Part shown: piece after piece, positions 1 to 9,136 of the stretch
Layout of the letters: each line of letters begins with the position of its first letter
How positions within the stretch are numbered: position 1 is the first letter of the stretch
NCBI GenBank assembly: GCA_963422395.1
Contig: OY729431.1
Location: 736,001 to 800,000, forward strand
Length of the DNA stretch: 64,000 nt
Direction of reading: 5' to 3'
DNA from: Vicinamibacteria bacterium
Lineage (GTDB): Bacteria; Acidobacteriota; Vicinamibacteria; Marinacidobacterales; Marinacidobacteraceae
Made by a program: the position numbers and the translations under genes
The notes under the pieces: model-generated
Told to the model about the DNA's origin: nothing
What the model saw: only the letters and a program-made list of their open reading frames with translations
The model's database searches: none

Positions 1-1260
1 GCGCCGAAGGCCGGACCCGGGCCGCAGCATTTCCCGGTGCGGAGCCTGCTCGACACCGCCGGCTTCTTCGGCGCCTGCCGCCGAATTCAGGAGGAAGTGC
101 AGGATACACGGAGGGCGAGGGAATGGCTCGGCGAGGCCGATCGCCTGGCGAACGCGTTCCGCGACTACCAGCTTCCCCTGATCCACATCAAGGAGGCGGA
201 TCTCGGTAGCGCGGTCACCGTGTTCGCCCGTCTGAACCGGACCGGGCGGAAGATGACGGCGGATGCGATGGTGTCGGCGCTGACCTACGACGAGGGCGGC
301 TTCGACCTCGCCGCAAAGATCACGGAGTTCAAGGCCGAACTGAACCAACGGGGGTTCGGAAATCTCGACCGCGTGCTGCTCCTCCGGGCGGTGCTCGCCG
401 CCCTGAAGCTCGACATCTACGCGCAGGACTGGGCGAATCTGATCCGGAAGCAGGAAGTTCACCCCAAGCTTCCGGGCGCTTTCGAATCGGCCGCCGACGG
501 CTTGCGACGGGCGCTGGATTTCCTCCGGGAACTCGGGGTGACCTCGGACCGATTGCTGCCGTACGGCCTGCAGCTCGTCCTCCTCACCGAGTTCTTCCGG
601 CGGTGCCCGGATCCGGCACCGGAGGCGAAGCGAACACTGAGTCGTTGGTTCTGGGTGACCTCCTTCAGCGTTTGGTTCGGCAGCGGCGGCAGTGCGAGAG
701 TGAGACTCGCACTCCAGGAATTGCGGAATCTGGCGATGGACGCAGGGGCGGACCTCGAGGTCGTGGATCTCGATTCTCCGGCGGCGCCGTTTCCGGAACG
801 GTTCGACGGACGCAGTTCGCGCGTCCGGGCCTTCCTGCTCTACCTCGGATCGCTCGAGCCGCGATCGCTGCGGGGCACTGGCGCCCTCGATCCGGGTGAT
901 TTGCTGGCTTCGCGAGGTACCGGAGCGTTGGGGTATGTGGTGGCGAATCCCGCGCGGGGCGACCAGTGGCTCTCGAGCCCGGCGAACCGGATGTTCGTGG
1001 ACGCGGACCATATCGGGCAAGCCTTCGGATCGCTCGGGGCGCGAACGGACGAAGAGCTGGCCGTGCTGCTGCCCACACATGGGTTTGGACCCGAAGCCAT
1101 CGGGTCGATTCGAAGCAACGACCGGGAGGAATTGATCCGCGAGCGGCGCGAGACCCTCATCGAGGGTGAGCGCAAATTCATGGAACAAAAGGAAGTTGCG
1201 CTGCCGATGGCGCGCACGGCGGCGACCGTGGCAGACAGCGAAGCGTCGGACGACGAGTAG
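1..1260 (+). CDS. DUF262 (GmrSD/ParB-like) domain protein, 5'-truncated by the window edge
   Basis: The frame is open from position 1. AFRDYQLPLIHI...AVTVFARLNRTGRKMT resembles the end of DUF262 (F.RLN..G..L). The C-terminal part has an SPANRMF motif. Confidence 0.6.
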   Translation, partial: APKAGPGPQHFPVRSLLDTAGFFGACRRIQEEVQDTRRAREWLGEADRLANAFRDYQLPLIHIKEADLGSAVTVFARLNRTGRKMTADAMVSALTYDEGGFDLAAKITEFKAELNQRGFGNLDRVLLLRAVLAALKLDIYAQDWANLIRKQEVHPKLPGAFESAADGLRRALDFLRELGVTSDRLLPYGLQLVLLTEFFRRCPDPAPEAKRTLSRWFWVTSFSVWFGSGGSARVRLALQELRNLAMDAGADLEVVDLDSPAAPFPERFDGRSSRVRAFLLYLGSLEPRSLRGTGALDPGDLLASRGTGALGYVVANPARGDQWLSSPANRMFVDADHIGQAFGSLGARTDEELAVLLPTHGFGPEAIGSIRSNDREELIRERRETLIEGERKFMEQKEVALPMARTAATVADSEASDDE

Positions 1261-1431
1261 GTCGGGGGAATGACCGACATTCGAGGGTAGTAGCGGGCGT
1301 TTGCGCAAAGCCCCGGCGCGGCCTCTCGCTCTCGCCGAGCGCTATCCACGGGAGGCTCGCCTTCGTTCCGGCGGCGCCCTCGGGTCGGGAGCGCTGGCAG
1401 GCGGGATCGAGTCTTCTCGACCCCTGCTGAT

Positions 1432-2649
1432 TCAGTCGTCCTCGCTGCTGTCGTCGGTGTCTCGCAGCCCGGGCGGGGGAGCGGGGCGCCGCCGCAGATC
1501 GGCGATCAGCAGACGGACGACGGCGCCGTAGCTCTGGGCGCCGTCGGGGATGCGCATGGTGCGGAGGTAGGAGTCGTTCACCCGCCGTGCGGCGCCGCGC
1601 GCCAGGCCGCGATGCCGGGCCCAGAAGGTATCGAGCGCGTCGAGATCGCGCCGCGGGCCGGGTCCGAGGGCCGCCCAAACTCGCTCCCGGTCGCGGGGGG
1701 CCGCATGTCGGGCGGCAGCGAGCAGGTGCCGTGCGGCGAAGAAGGATGCGGCGTAGCGGAGATACGGGTGGCGGCGTTGCTGCGAGAGAGCCAGATAGGC
1801 CGCGAAGCTGGCTTCGCCCTCGTGGGTCACGGCGCGCTGGTGCGCCTTCTCGTGAGCCGCGGTGAAGACGACCGCGACATCGGGCGGACCGGTGTTCACC
1901 GTCGGCTCTCCGGTGAACGGGACGAAGATGCCGCTGATCCCCAACTTCGACATGAGTCCGGAAAACACCGCCGCCTTCACGGGCGCCGCCCCGCTCGAAC
2001 CCGGGTCGCCGGGGAGATCGAGCGCGTCGAAGGCGTCATCGATCGCGGCACTCAGATCGCCGAAATCCAGGGGGCTGCGAGAAGCGGTCTCCACCGGAAG
2101 ACCGGCGAGTCCATGGGCCCGGGTGGTCTCGGCGGAGATTCGGGCGGCGAGCTGGAGGAGTTCGCGCTCTCCGATCTCCCCCGTCGGGAGGCCCAGGCGG
2201 TGTTCGAGCCGGGGCCTCGCGTAGTTGAGGCCCCATACCCCCAGGAAGACAGCGTAGAGCGCTCCGGCTCCGGCGAGAGCGAAGAGCCCGAGCTGGGCCG
2301 CTCGGCGCCAGCTGCCGCGGCTCCGGAGAACGGCCGTCCCGGCGGCCTCCTCCGCTCGCTGCGGGCTGGCGGCGCGGCGGCGCAGCGCCTCCCGGGGGAT
2401 CCTCCAGAGAAGCCGGCCCAGTACCAAGAGGGCTGCAATCCCGGTGAACAGCTCGGCCAGTGAAAAGGGCAGGAAGCCGCTGATCCAGGAGAAGGCGCGC
2501 ACCACCAGCGGATAGAAGCCGGTGGTGTAGATCGCTTCGACCCGCTCCGGCTCGAGGAGCGCGAGCCGGAAGATCGCGACCGCCAGCACTCCTGCGGAAA
2601 GCCCGGCGGCGACGAACCCCCTTCTCCGGCTGCGTCCCGCCCACCGCAT
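1432..2649 (-). CDS. DUF3810 family membrane zincin-like protein
   Basis: N-terminal TM helices; WGLNYAR, GISGIFVPFTGEPTVN and AHEKAHQ (HExxH) motifs are typical of DUF3810. Confidence 0.75.
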   Translation of the reverse strand: MRWAGRSRRRGFVAAGLSAGVLAVAIFRLALLEPERVEAIYTTGFYPLVVRAFSWISGFLPFSLAELFTGIAALLVLGRLLWRIPREALRRRAASPQRAEEAAGTAVLRSRGSWRRAAQLGLFALAGAGALYAVFLGVWGLNYARPRLEHRLGLPTGEIGERELLQLAARISAETTRAHGLAGLPVETASRSPLDFGDLSAAIDDAFDALDLPGDPGSSGAAPVKAAVFSGLMSKLGISGIFVPFTGEPTVNTGPPDVAVVFTAAHEKAHQRAVTHEGEASFAAYLALSQQRRHPYLRYAASFFAARHLLAAARHAAPRDRERVWAALGPGPRRDLDALDTFWARHRGLARGAARRVNDSYLRTMRIPDGAQSYGAVVRLLIADLRRRPAPPPGLRDTDDSSEDD

Positions 2650-2658
2650 CGGCGAATT

Positions 2659-3435
2659 CTAACGGGCTCCCCGCGGCTCTCCGTTCGGCGGCCGGGCAGA
2701 CGCCTGCCCCGGGTGAGGTTCGCCCGAGTTCGTTCCTGCCAGCAGGCCTCTCGCCGCCGAAACCGAAGGCGTGCGCGCGAAAGCGGTCCCGCGCAGATGC
2801 CGGGCGGCGAGTTCGTCGAAGGCGGCTTCGGGCGCGGTGAGCGTTCTTCGAGAGAGCCGGGCTGCCATCAGCCCGGTGCGGGTGTGGGGACAGTCCGGCG
2901 CGATCGAGTGGGTGAGTTCGTGGGCGAGCACCCGTCCCAGGGCGATGCCGAGCTGCCGGACGCCCGCGGCGGTCTTCGCTCGGCTCGGGGCGCTGCGAGA
3001 GTCCCCGGACCGCCGCCAGCCGATCGCCCGTTCCGCTGCCCCGCGGGAGAGGAACACCGAACGGCGCTTCCCTTCGGCGCCGATCGCCACCCCGATCGTT
3101 GCCGCGGGCGTCCCCCAGTGCTCGGGAAGCTCCGGATAGATCGTTGCCGGGATCACTTCGGGCCCTCCGGCCCGGACGAAGCGGATCCCCACTCCGCTCC
3201 GTGCGAAGGCGGCCGTCGTCTCTCCCTGGATCCACTTCCGCATCTCCCCTTCCAGGAGCCGGTACGGGTCGTAGAGGCACACCCGGAGCGGGCGGGTGCG
3301 GAGTGGGGCCGGCTCCCGAGCCTGCCGCGAGAGCGAGGCGTCCGCGGCGGAGAGCGAGGCGTCTGCGGCAGAGCCGGCGCCGGCGAAGAGGGACAAAATC
3401 CCGGCGAGGGGGAGGAGCAGGAATCGAACACGCAT
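2659..3435 (-). CDS. Secreted hypothetical protein with HExxH zinc-binding motif
   Basis: Signal peptide MRVRFLLLPLAGILSLFAGAGSA; LGRVLAHELTH...HTRTGLM motif. Confidence 0.6.
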   Translation of the reverse strand: MRVRFLLLPLAGILSLFAGAGSAADASLSAADASLSRQAREPAPLRTRPLRVCLYDPYRLLEGEMRKWIQGETTAAFARSGVGIRFVRAGGPEVIPATIYPELPEHWGTPAATIGVAIGAEGKRRSVFLSRGAAERAIGWRRSGDSRSAPSRAKTAAGVRQLGIALGRVLAHELTHSIAPDCPHTRTGLMAARLSRRTLTAPEAAFDELAARHLRGTAFARTPSVSAARGLLAGTNSGEPHPGQASARPPNGEPRGAR

Positions 3436-4777
3436 GACTCCGCTGACGCAGTACTCCGCGACGGGTTCGGAATCCGCCCCGAGTTCAACGAATTCGCGGG
3501 ATCCGTTGAATCCGGGTCCAAATCCTCGATCGGAGCGGCGCCGTGAGCCGCGCCCGGAACCGCCGGATCTGGCGGTCCGCAGCCCGCTTCGTTTCGACTG
3601 CGCCGTCGTCGGCGGCGGAATCGTCGGCCTCGCCGTCGCTCGGCGGCTCCAAGGTCCCCGCGGCGCCGGTTCGGTGGTGGTGATCGAGAAGGAGTCGGAG
3701 ATCGCTCGTCACCAGACGGGACGGAACAGCGGCGTCATCCATTCCGGCATCTACTACCGGCCGGGCTCGCTCCGAGCCCGGAACTGCCGTAGGGGAGTGG
3801 AGCTCCTGCTGCGGTTCTGCCGCGATCACGGCGTGCCCTTCGCGCTCTCGGGGAAGGTCATCGTGGCCGCGAATCCGGCGGAGCGGGAACGGCTCGGAGA
3901 ACTCCTGCGGCGCGGCGAACGAAACGGCGTTCCCGGCCTCCGCCTGCTCGACCGGCGGGGGCTCCGGGAGATCGAGCCGCATGCGGAGGGAACGGCGGCG
4001 ATCCATTCGCCCGGCACCGGCGTCGTCCGTTTCCGCGAAGTCGCGAGGGCGCTCCGGCGCCGGTTCGAGTCCGCGGGAGGGGTCGTCATGACCGGCGCCC
4101 GGGTGCTCGGCGTGGTCGTTTCCGCCGACGGGACCCGGGTCCTCACGAGCGCGGGCGAGGTCGAATGCGCACGGCTGGTGAACTGCGCCGGCCTCCACGC
4201 CGATCGGGTCGCGCGGCTCGCCGGGGACGAGCCGGGCGTTTCCATCGTGCCCTTCCGCGGCGAGTACTACCGGGTGCGCCCCGAGCGGTCGGGGCTCGTC
4301 CGGAGCCTCGTCTATCCAACCCCGGACCCGCGCTTTCCGTTCCTGGGGGTCCACCTGCACCGGAACCTCGACGGGCGAGTGGGCGCGGGGCCGAACGCGG
4401 TGCTCGCCGCAGCGCGCGAGGGATACCGGCGGCGCGATCTGAACTTCCGGGATCTGGGCGAGATGGTGAGGGATCCCGGGTTCCGGCGGCTCGCGCGGCG
4501 CGAATGGCGGACCGCCCTCGCCGAGATCCGGCGGTCGCTTTCCAAACCGGCGTTCGCCGCGGAGCTGCAGCGGCTGGTTCCCGAACTCGAAGAGGACGAT
4601 CTCGAGCCCGGCCCGTCCGGGGTCCGGGCGATCGCCGTGTCCGCCGACGGCAGGATCGTCGACGACTTTCGCATCGTCCGCCGCGAGAATCGGACCCATG
4701 TGCTGAACGCGCCTTCTCCGGCGGCCACCGCCTGTCTCGCGATCGCCGAACAGGTCGCATCGCTCGTCCTGCAGTGA
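3434..4777 (+). CDS. lhgO: L-2-hydroxyglutarate oxidase (FAD-dependent); true start uncertain and may be further downstream
   Basis: VVGGGIVGLA FAD motif, HQTGRNSGVIHSGIYY, PFRGEYY, PFLGVH, NAPSPAATA. Confidence 0.85.
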   Translation: MTPLTQYSATGSESAPSSTNSRDPLNPGPNPRSERRREPRPEPPDLAVRSPLRFDCAVVGGGIVGLAVARRLQGPRGAGSVVVIEKESEIARHQTGRNSGVIHSGIYYRPGSLRARNCRRGVELLLRFCRDHGVPFALSGKVIVAANPAERERLGELLRRGERNGVPGLRLLDRRGLREIEPHAEGTAAIHSPGTGVVRFREVARALRRRFESAGGVVMTGARVLGVVVSADGTRVLTSAGEVECARLVNCAGLHADRVARLAGDEPGVSIVPFRGEYYRVRPERSGLVRSLVYPTPDPRFPFLGVHLHRNLDGRVGAGPNAVLAAAREGYRRRDLNFRDLGEMVRDPGFRRLARREWRTALAEIRRSLSKPAFAAELQRLVPELEEDDLEPGPSGVRAIAVSADGRIVDDFRIVRRENRTHVLNAPSPAATACLAIAEQVASLVLQ

Positions 4778-4886
4778 GCCGCTGCCGTCCCACACACTGC
4801 CTTGCAGGAACCGCGCCGTGGCTGGAGAGCTGGTTCCGGGTAGGATCGAACCCCGTTCCCTGCCCGTTCCCTGGAGGAGTTTCTCG

Positions 4887-6212
4887 ATGCGCCTGCTGTA
4901 TCCCCGACTGCCGATCCGGGTCACCGGCGGAATTCTCGCCGCCGGCGGAATCCTCGCCGCCTCCACCGCAGCGGCCCTGCCGGCGGAGAGATCGCTGGTG
5001 ATCCGCGCCGACCGGCTCATCGTCGGCACCGACGCTCCGGTGATCCTCGCTCCGGTGGTGGTCATCGAGGGTGAGCGGATCGTGGCGGTGGGCCCGGACG
5101 GCGCCGTTTCGGTGCCTGCGGATGCCGAGCTGCTCGATCTCTCCGGGCACACGATCCTCCCCGGGCTGTTCGATTGCCATGTCCACCTGGGCGGGATTCC
5201 GGGTGACGGCGGCGACACCCAGAAGATGCGGGAGACCGTGGCGCACGAGGCGATCTATGGAGTGGCGCACGCGAAGATCACCCTGGAGCAGGGTTTCACC
5301 AGCGTTCGCAACATCGGGGCGGGGAACTACCACGACGCCGCGCTCCGCGACATGATCGAGCGCGGGATCGTTCCCGGGCCCCGGATCCAGGCGGCCACCT
5401 GGGGCGTGGGCGCGACCGGCGGCCATGCGGACATCAACGGCTGGAATCCCGATGTCCCGACCCCCGGGTACGCGATGATCGCGGACGGCGCGGATGCGCT
5501 CCGCCGCGCGGTGCGCTACCAGGTCAAGTACGGCGCCGATGTCATCAAGGTCACCGCGTCGGGCGGGGTCCTCTCCCACGGCGATTCGATCTACGACCAG
5601 GCGTACAGTCTCGAAGAGCTCCGGGCCATCGTCGAGACTGCGGACATGCTCGACACGCCGGTCGGAGCGCACGCTCACTCGCCCGCGGCCATGAACGACG
5701 CCATCCGCGCCGGGGTGGCCAGCATCGAACACGGAACCCTGATAGACGACGAAGGCATCCGCCTCGCCAGGGAGCACGGCACGTTCGTGGTCCCGACGCT
5801 CTACACCCTCGACTACCTCATCGAGGAAGGCGCCGAAAACGGCGTCCCCGAATACGCGATCGCCAAGGCCCGGGAGATCGCAGTGCTGCAGCGCGAGCGG
5901 CTGGCCGCCGCTTTCCACGCCGGAGTCAGGTTCGCCTACGGCACCGACGCCGCCGTGTTTCCCCACGGCAGGAACGCGAGAGACTTCGCGATCATGGTGG
6001 AGGCGATGGACATCTCGCCGATGGCGGCGATTCGCACCGCCACCCTGAACGCCGCCGAGCTGCTTCGCTGGGAGAAGGATCTCGGCTCTCTCGAGGAGGG
6101 AAAGCTCGCCGACATCATCGCGGTCGAGGGAGATCCGCTCGAGAACATCCGGCTGCTCGAGGATGTCCGCTTCGTGATGAAAGGCGGCGAGGTCGTCGTG
6201 AGCCCTCGCTGA
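4887..6212 (+). CDS. Secreted amidohydrolase (Xaa-Pro dipeptidase-like, metal-dependent)
   Basis: GGAGGA Shine-Dalgarno before ATG 4887; PGLFDCHVH, KVTASGG, AHAH, SIEHG, GTDA motifs. Confidence 0.85.
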   Translation: MRLLYPRLPIRVTGGILAAGGILAASTAAALPAERSLVIRADRLIVGTDAPVILAPVVVIEGERIVAVGPDGAVSVPADAELLDLSGHTILPGLFDCHVHLGGIPGDGGDTQKMRETVAHEAIYGVAHAKITLEQGFTSVRNIGAGNYHDAALRDMIERGIVPGPRIQAATWGVGATGGHADINGWNPDVPTPGYAMIADGADALRRAVRYQVKYGADVIKVTASGGVLSHGDSIYDQAYSLEELRAIVETADMLDTPVGAHAHSPAAMNDAIRAGVASIEHGTLIDDEGIRLAREHGTFVVPTLYTLDYLIEEGAENGVPEYAIAKAREIAVLQRERLAAAFHAGVRFAYGTDAAVFPHGRNARDFAIMVEAMDISPMAAIRTATLNAAELLRWEKDLGSLEEGKLADIIAVEGDPLENIRLLEDVRFVMKGGEVVVSPR

Positions 6213-6219
6213 CCGGATC

Positions 6220-6240
6220 GGGTCCGGCCGGGTCGGACCC
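6220..6240. terminator. GC-rich hairpin between convergent genes (possible terminator)
   Basis: GGGTCCG...CGGACCC inverted repeat; no U-tract. Confidence 0.3.
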
Positions 6241-6256
6241 CGAGCCTGGAATCCGG

Positions 6257-7696
6257 CTAACCGTCTCCGATGAGGGCCCTCAGGATCTCGAGGAATTCGT
6301 CGAGATGTTCCGCGTGGGTGCGGAAGATGCCGATCGAGGGGCGGAGCCAGAAGCGGCCGTGGAGCCAGGTCGCGGTGATGAAGATCCGCCCGTCGGCGTG
6401 TATCTCGTCGAGCAGCTTCCGGTTCAGAGCGTCCGTCTCTTCCGGAGACTTCCGGGCCGGCCGCCAGCGAAAGCACATCGTGGACAGTTCCGGGGGCGGT
6501 CCGACCTCGATCTCCGGCCAGCCGCTGAGCTCTTCCTGGAGATAGCACGCGAGCCGCCATTTCTCCTCCAGCGCGGCGGCGAAGGCATCGGTGCCGTGGA
6601 GGAGAAGGGGGAGGAACATCCGCAGCCCGCGGAAGTGCCGGGTGAGTTCCACGGAGCGCTCCGAGGGGGACGGCTCCGCCTGGGGGGCGTCCACCAGGTA
6701 GGGAGCGTCGAAGCGAAAGGTGTCGAGGTGCTTCGCTTCCCGGACCACGACGGCCCCGCTGCCGTAGGGGAGAAAAAGGCTCTTGTGGGGGTCGAGGACG
6801 ATGGAGTCCGATTCCTCGATGCCGCGGAACAGCTGCCGGCGCGCGGGCACCAGCAGGAAGAACCCGCCGTAGGCCGCGTCCACATGGTGCCAGAGACCCT
6901 CGGCGCGGGCGATCCGGGAGATCGCTTGCAGCGGATCCACGGCGCCGGTGTTCGTCGTGCCGGCGGCGGAGACCACGAGCCAGGGGAGCAGCCCGCCGCT
7001 GCGGTCTTCCAGGACCTGCCGGGCCAGTTCTTCGGGAACCATCCGATAGTGCCGGTCCACCGGGATCCTCCGGCAGGGGGCTTCCCCGAGCCCGGCCAGA
7101 TGTACCGCCTTGTGCACCGAATAGTGCTCCTGGTCCGTCACATACACGACCGCCCGCGAGAAATCCCGGGAGCGCAGCCCGCGGGCGTCCCGAGCGGCGA
7201 TGATTCCGGTCAGTCCGGCGACGCTTCCCCCCGAAGTCAGGGTTCCCCCGGAGCCTTCGGGGTATCCCGCCAGCTCGGCGATCCAGCGCACCAGCCGGTT
7301 CTCGAGGTGCACGGCGCCGGGTGAGGCGGGGAAATACCCGGCGAACGCGTTGCCCACCGCCGCCAGGTAATCGCCGAGAGCGCTCGCGAACACGCCGCCG
7401 CCAGGAACCCACCCCAGATCCCGCGGCGAGGCGGGGTTCAGGCCCTGCTGCTCGATTTCCCGGCGGATCAGGTCGAGGAGTTCCGCGAGCGGCCGACCTT
7501 CGGCACCGATCGGCAATCCGGTGATTTCGGGAGATCCGGTCGGTGGACGCCAGGCGGGTCCGTCGGGAAGGGAGTCGAGGAATTCCTCGGCATGGCGAAC
7601 GGCCGCATCGGTCAGGGCGCGCCGCGCCGTCGATCCCGGTTCGAGTCCTGCCGCCCGTCGGCGAAGCGCCTGGGCCTGTCGGCGAAGTTCGTTCAT
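6257..7696 (-). CDS. PLP-dependent group II (aromatic amino acid-type) decarboxylase
   Basis: TSGGS, AGTTNTGAVDPL, HVDAAYGG, DPHK PLP-lysine motif. Confidence 0.85.
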   Translation of the reverse strand: MNELRRQAQALRRRAAGLEPGSTARRALTDAAVRHAEEFLDSLPDGPAWRPPTGSPEITGLPIGAEGRPLAELLDLIRREIEQQGLNPASPRDLGWVPGGGVFASALGDYLAAVGNAFAGYFPASPGAVHLENRLVRWIAELAGYPEGSGGTLTSGGSVAGLTGIIAARDARGLRSRDFSRAVVYVTDQEHYSVHKAVHLAGLGEAPCRRIPVDRHYRMVPEELARQVLEDRSGGLLPWLVVSAAGTTNTGAVDPLQAISRIARAEGLWHHVDAAYGGFFLLVPARRQLFRGIEESDSIVLDPHKSLFLPYGSGAVVVREAKHLDTFRFDAPYLVDAPQAEPSPSERSVELTRHFRGLRMFLPLLLHGTDAFAAALEEKWRLACYLQEELSGWPEIEVGPPPELSTMCFRWRPARKSPEETDALNRKLLDEIHADGRIFITATWLHGRFWLRPSIGIFRTHAEHLDEFLEILRALIGDG

Positions 7697-9129
7697 GAGC
7701 TCCTCGTCAGTCTAGGACGCTGCCTTCCGGCGCCGCCGAGGAGGTATCCCAGCGCGCTGGCCGCGGTGAGGCCGAAAGCGTTCGGAATCAGCACTCCCCG
7801 CGGCAACAGCGCCGGGGCGAGAAACCAGTTCCAGTCGAGCGCGGTGTGGAGGAGCCAGAGCCCGGCGCCGGCAGCCATCGCCGCGAGCGCGGCCCGCGGC
7901 CCGCCCCGCTTTCCGAAGAGCCCTGCGGTCAACGGAACGAAGAGTCCCACCAGGGTGAGTTCGTAGGCGTCCTCGAGCAGCGAGTAGGCGTCGAGACCGC
8001 CGAAGGCGTAGAGGAGGCTGGCGGCGCCGACCAGGACGACCGAGATTCTGCTCAGGCGGAGTGTTCCCGCACGGGGCAGCGGGTGACGCAGGAGATTCTG
8101 CGCCAGCACCGACGCCGCCGAGATCAAGGCGCTGTCCACGGTGGAAAGCAGTGCGGAAACGACCACCAGCAGGAGCGCGAGCACGGCCAGCGGGCTGAAG
8201 AGGATCCGACTCAGCGCGGTCAGGAGGTCGCTGCCCGCAGCGGGGAGCAGCAGCCGCGCCGCGAGTCCGAGGACGACCGGGATCGCTCCCAGAGCGAGGT
8301 AGAGCCCGCCGGCGATCAGACAGGCGCGCCGCGCCACCCGTTCGGAGCGGGCGGCGAAGACCCGCTGCATCACATCCTGTCCGGGGATGTTGCCGAGCGC
8401 TCCGGCGAGCAGCAGCCCCGACCAGGCCATGAGAGCCATGGATCCGGAGGGCGCTGCCCGGAGCAGCGGGGGCGGAGTTTCCTGCCCGAGCCGGGCGATG
8501 CCGACGGCCAACGAGCCGCCGCCGAGTTCGGCGAACGCCGACACCGCGAGCGCCGCCAGCCCGACCGCCACGATGACTGCCTGCGCCGCGTCGGTGAGGG
8601 TCACCGACCACATCCCGCCGATCAGGGTGTATCCCACCGAGACCGCAGCGACTGCCAGCAGCGCAGCGCCCAGCGGTATCCCGAAGAGCTCCCCCAGGAG
8701 CGCTCCGAGGACCGCGAACTGCGCCGCGATCCAGCCGAAGAAACTCGGAACCATGATCGCTGCCGAGACGATTTCGGCGCGGCGGCCGAAGCGGACGGCG
8801 AAGAAGTCGCCGAGGGTGAGGAGTCCGAGGCGCCGCAGCGGTCCGGCGTAGAACAACCCCACCAGCAGGAGGCAGATCCCCGGTCCGACGGGTTCGAGGG
8901 CGGCCGCCGGAAGCCCGGTTTCCCGGACCTCTTCCGCCGCTGCGAGCAGGGGGCCGGCGCCGAACCAGGTCGCCAGCAGGCTCAGCGCGGCGAGCCGGGT
9001 TCCCAGCTGCCGCCCGGCGACCAGATAGTCGGAGAGGGTGTGGATGCGCCGCCCGGCGAACCAGGCGACCCCGAAGAGAGCCGCGGTGTAGCACGCCAGC
9101 GCGGCGCCGAGAAGCGCAGTCGGCGCCAC
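7693..9129 (-). CDS. Sodium:solute symporter family protein (choline-transporter-like)
   Basis: Multi-TM protein; DYLVAGR, YTLIGGMWSVTLTD, QDVMQRVFAARS, SALLSTVDS. Confidence 0.85.
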   Translation of the reverse strand: MAPTALLGAALACYTAALFGVAWFAGRRIHTLSDYLVAGRQLGTRLAALSLLATWFGAGPLLAAAEEVRETGLPAAALEPVGPGICLLLVGLFYAGPLRRLGLLTLGDFFAVRFGRRAEIVSAAIMVPSFFGWIAAQFAVLGALLGELFGIPLGAALLAVAAVSVGYTLIGGMWSVTLTDAAQAVIVAVGLAALAVSAFAELGGGSLAVGIARLGQETPPPLLRAAPSGSMALMAWSGLLLAGALGNIPGQDVMQRVFAARSERVARRACLIAGGLYLALGAIPVVLGLAARLLLPAAGSDLLTALSRILFSPLAVLALLLVVVSALLSTVDSALISAASVLAQNLLRHPLPRAGTLRLSRISVVLVGAASLLYAFGGLDAYSLLEDAYELTLVGLFVPLTAGLFGKRGGPRAALAAMAAGAGLWLLHTALDWNWFLAPALLPRGVLIPNAFGLTAASALGYLLGGAGRQRPRLTRSS

Positions 9130-9136
9130 CGCAGGG

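Noticed and set aside
4143-7412. Long Arg/Pro/Gly-rich ORFs such as 4143-7412(-), 28933-32181(-), 45286-48054(-) and the N-terminal part of 53016-56084(+)
   Set aside because: Shadow or antisense frames of recognisable genes; these are expected in 70% GC DNA.
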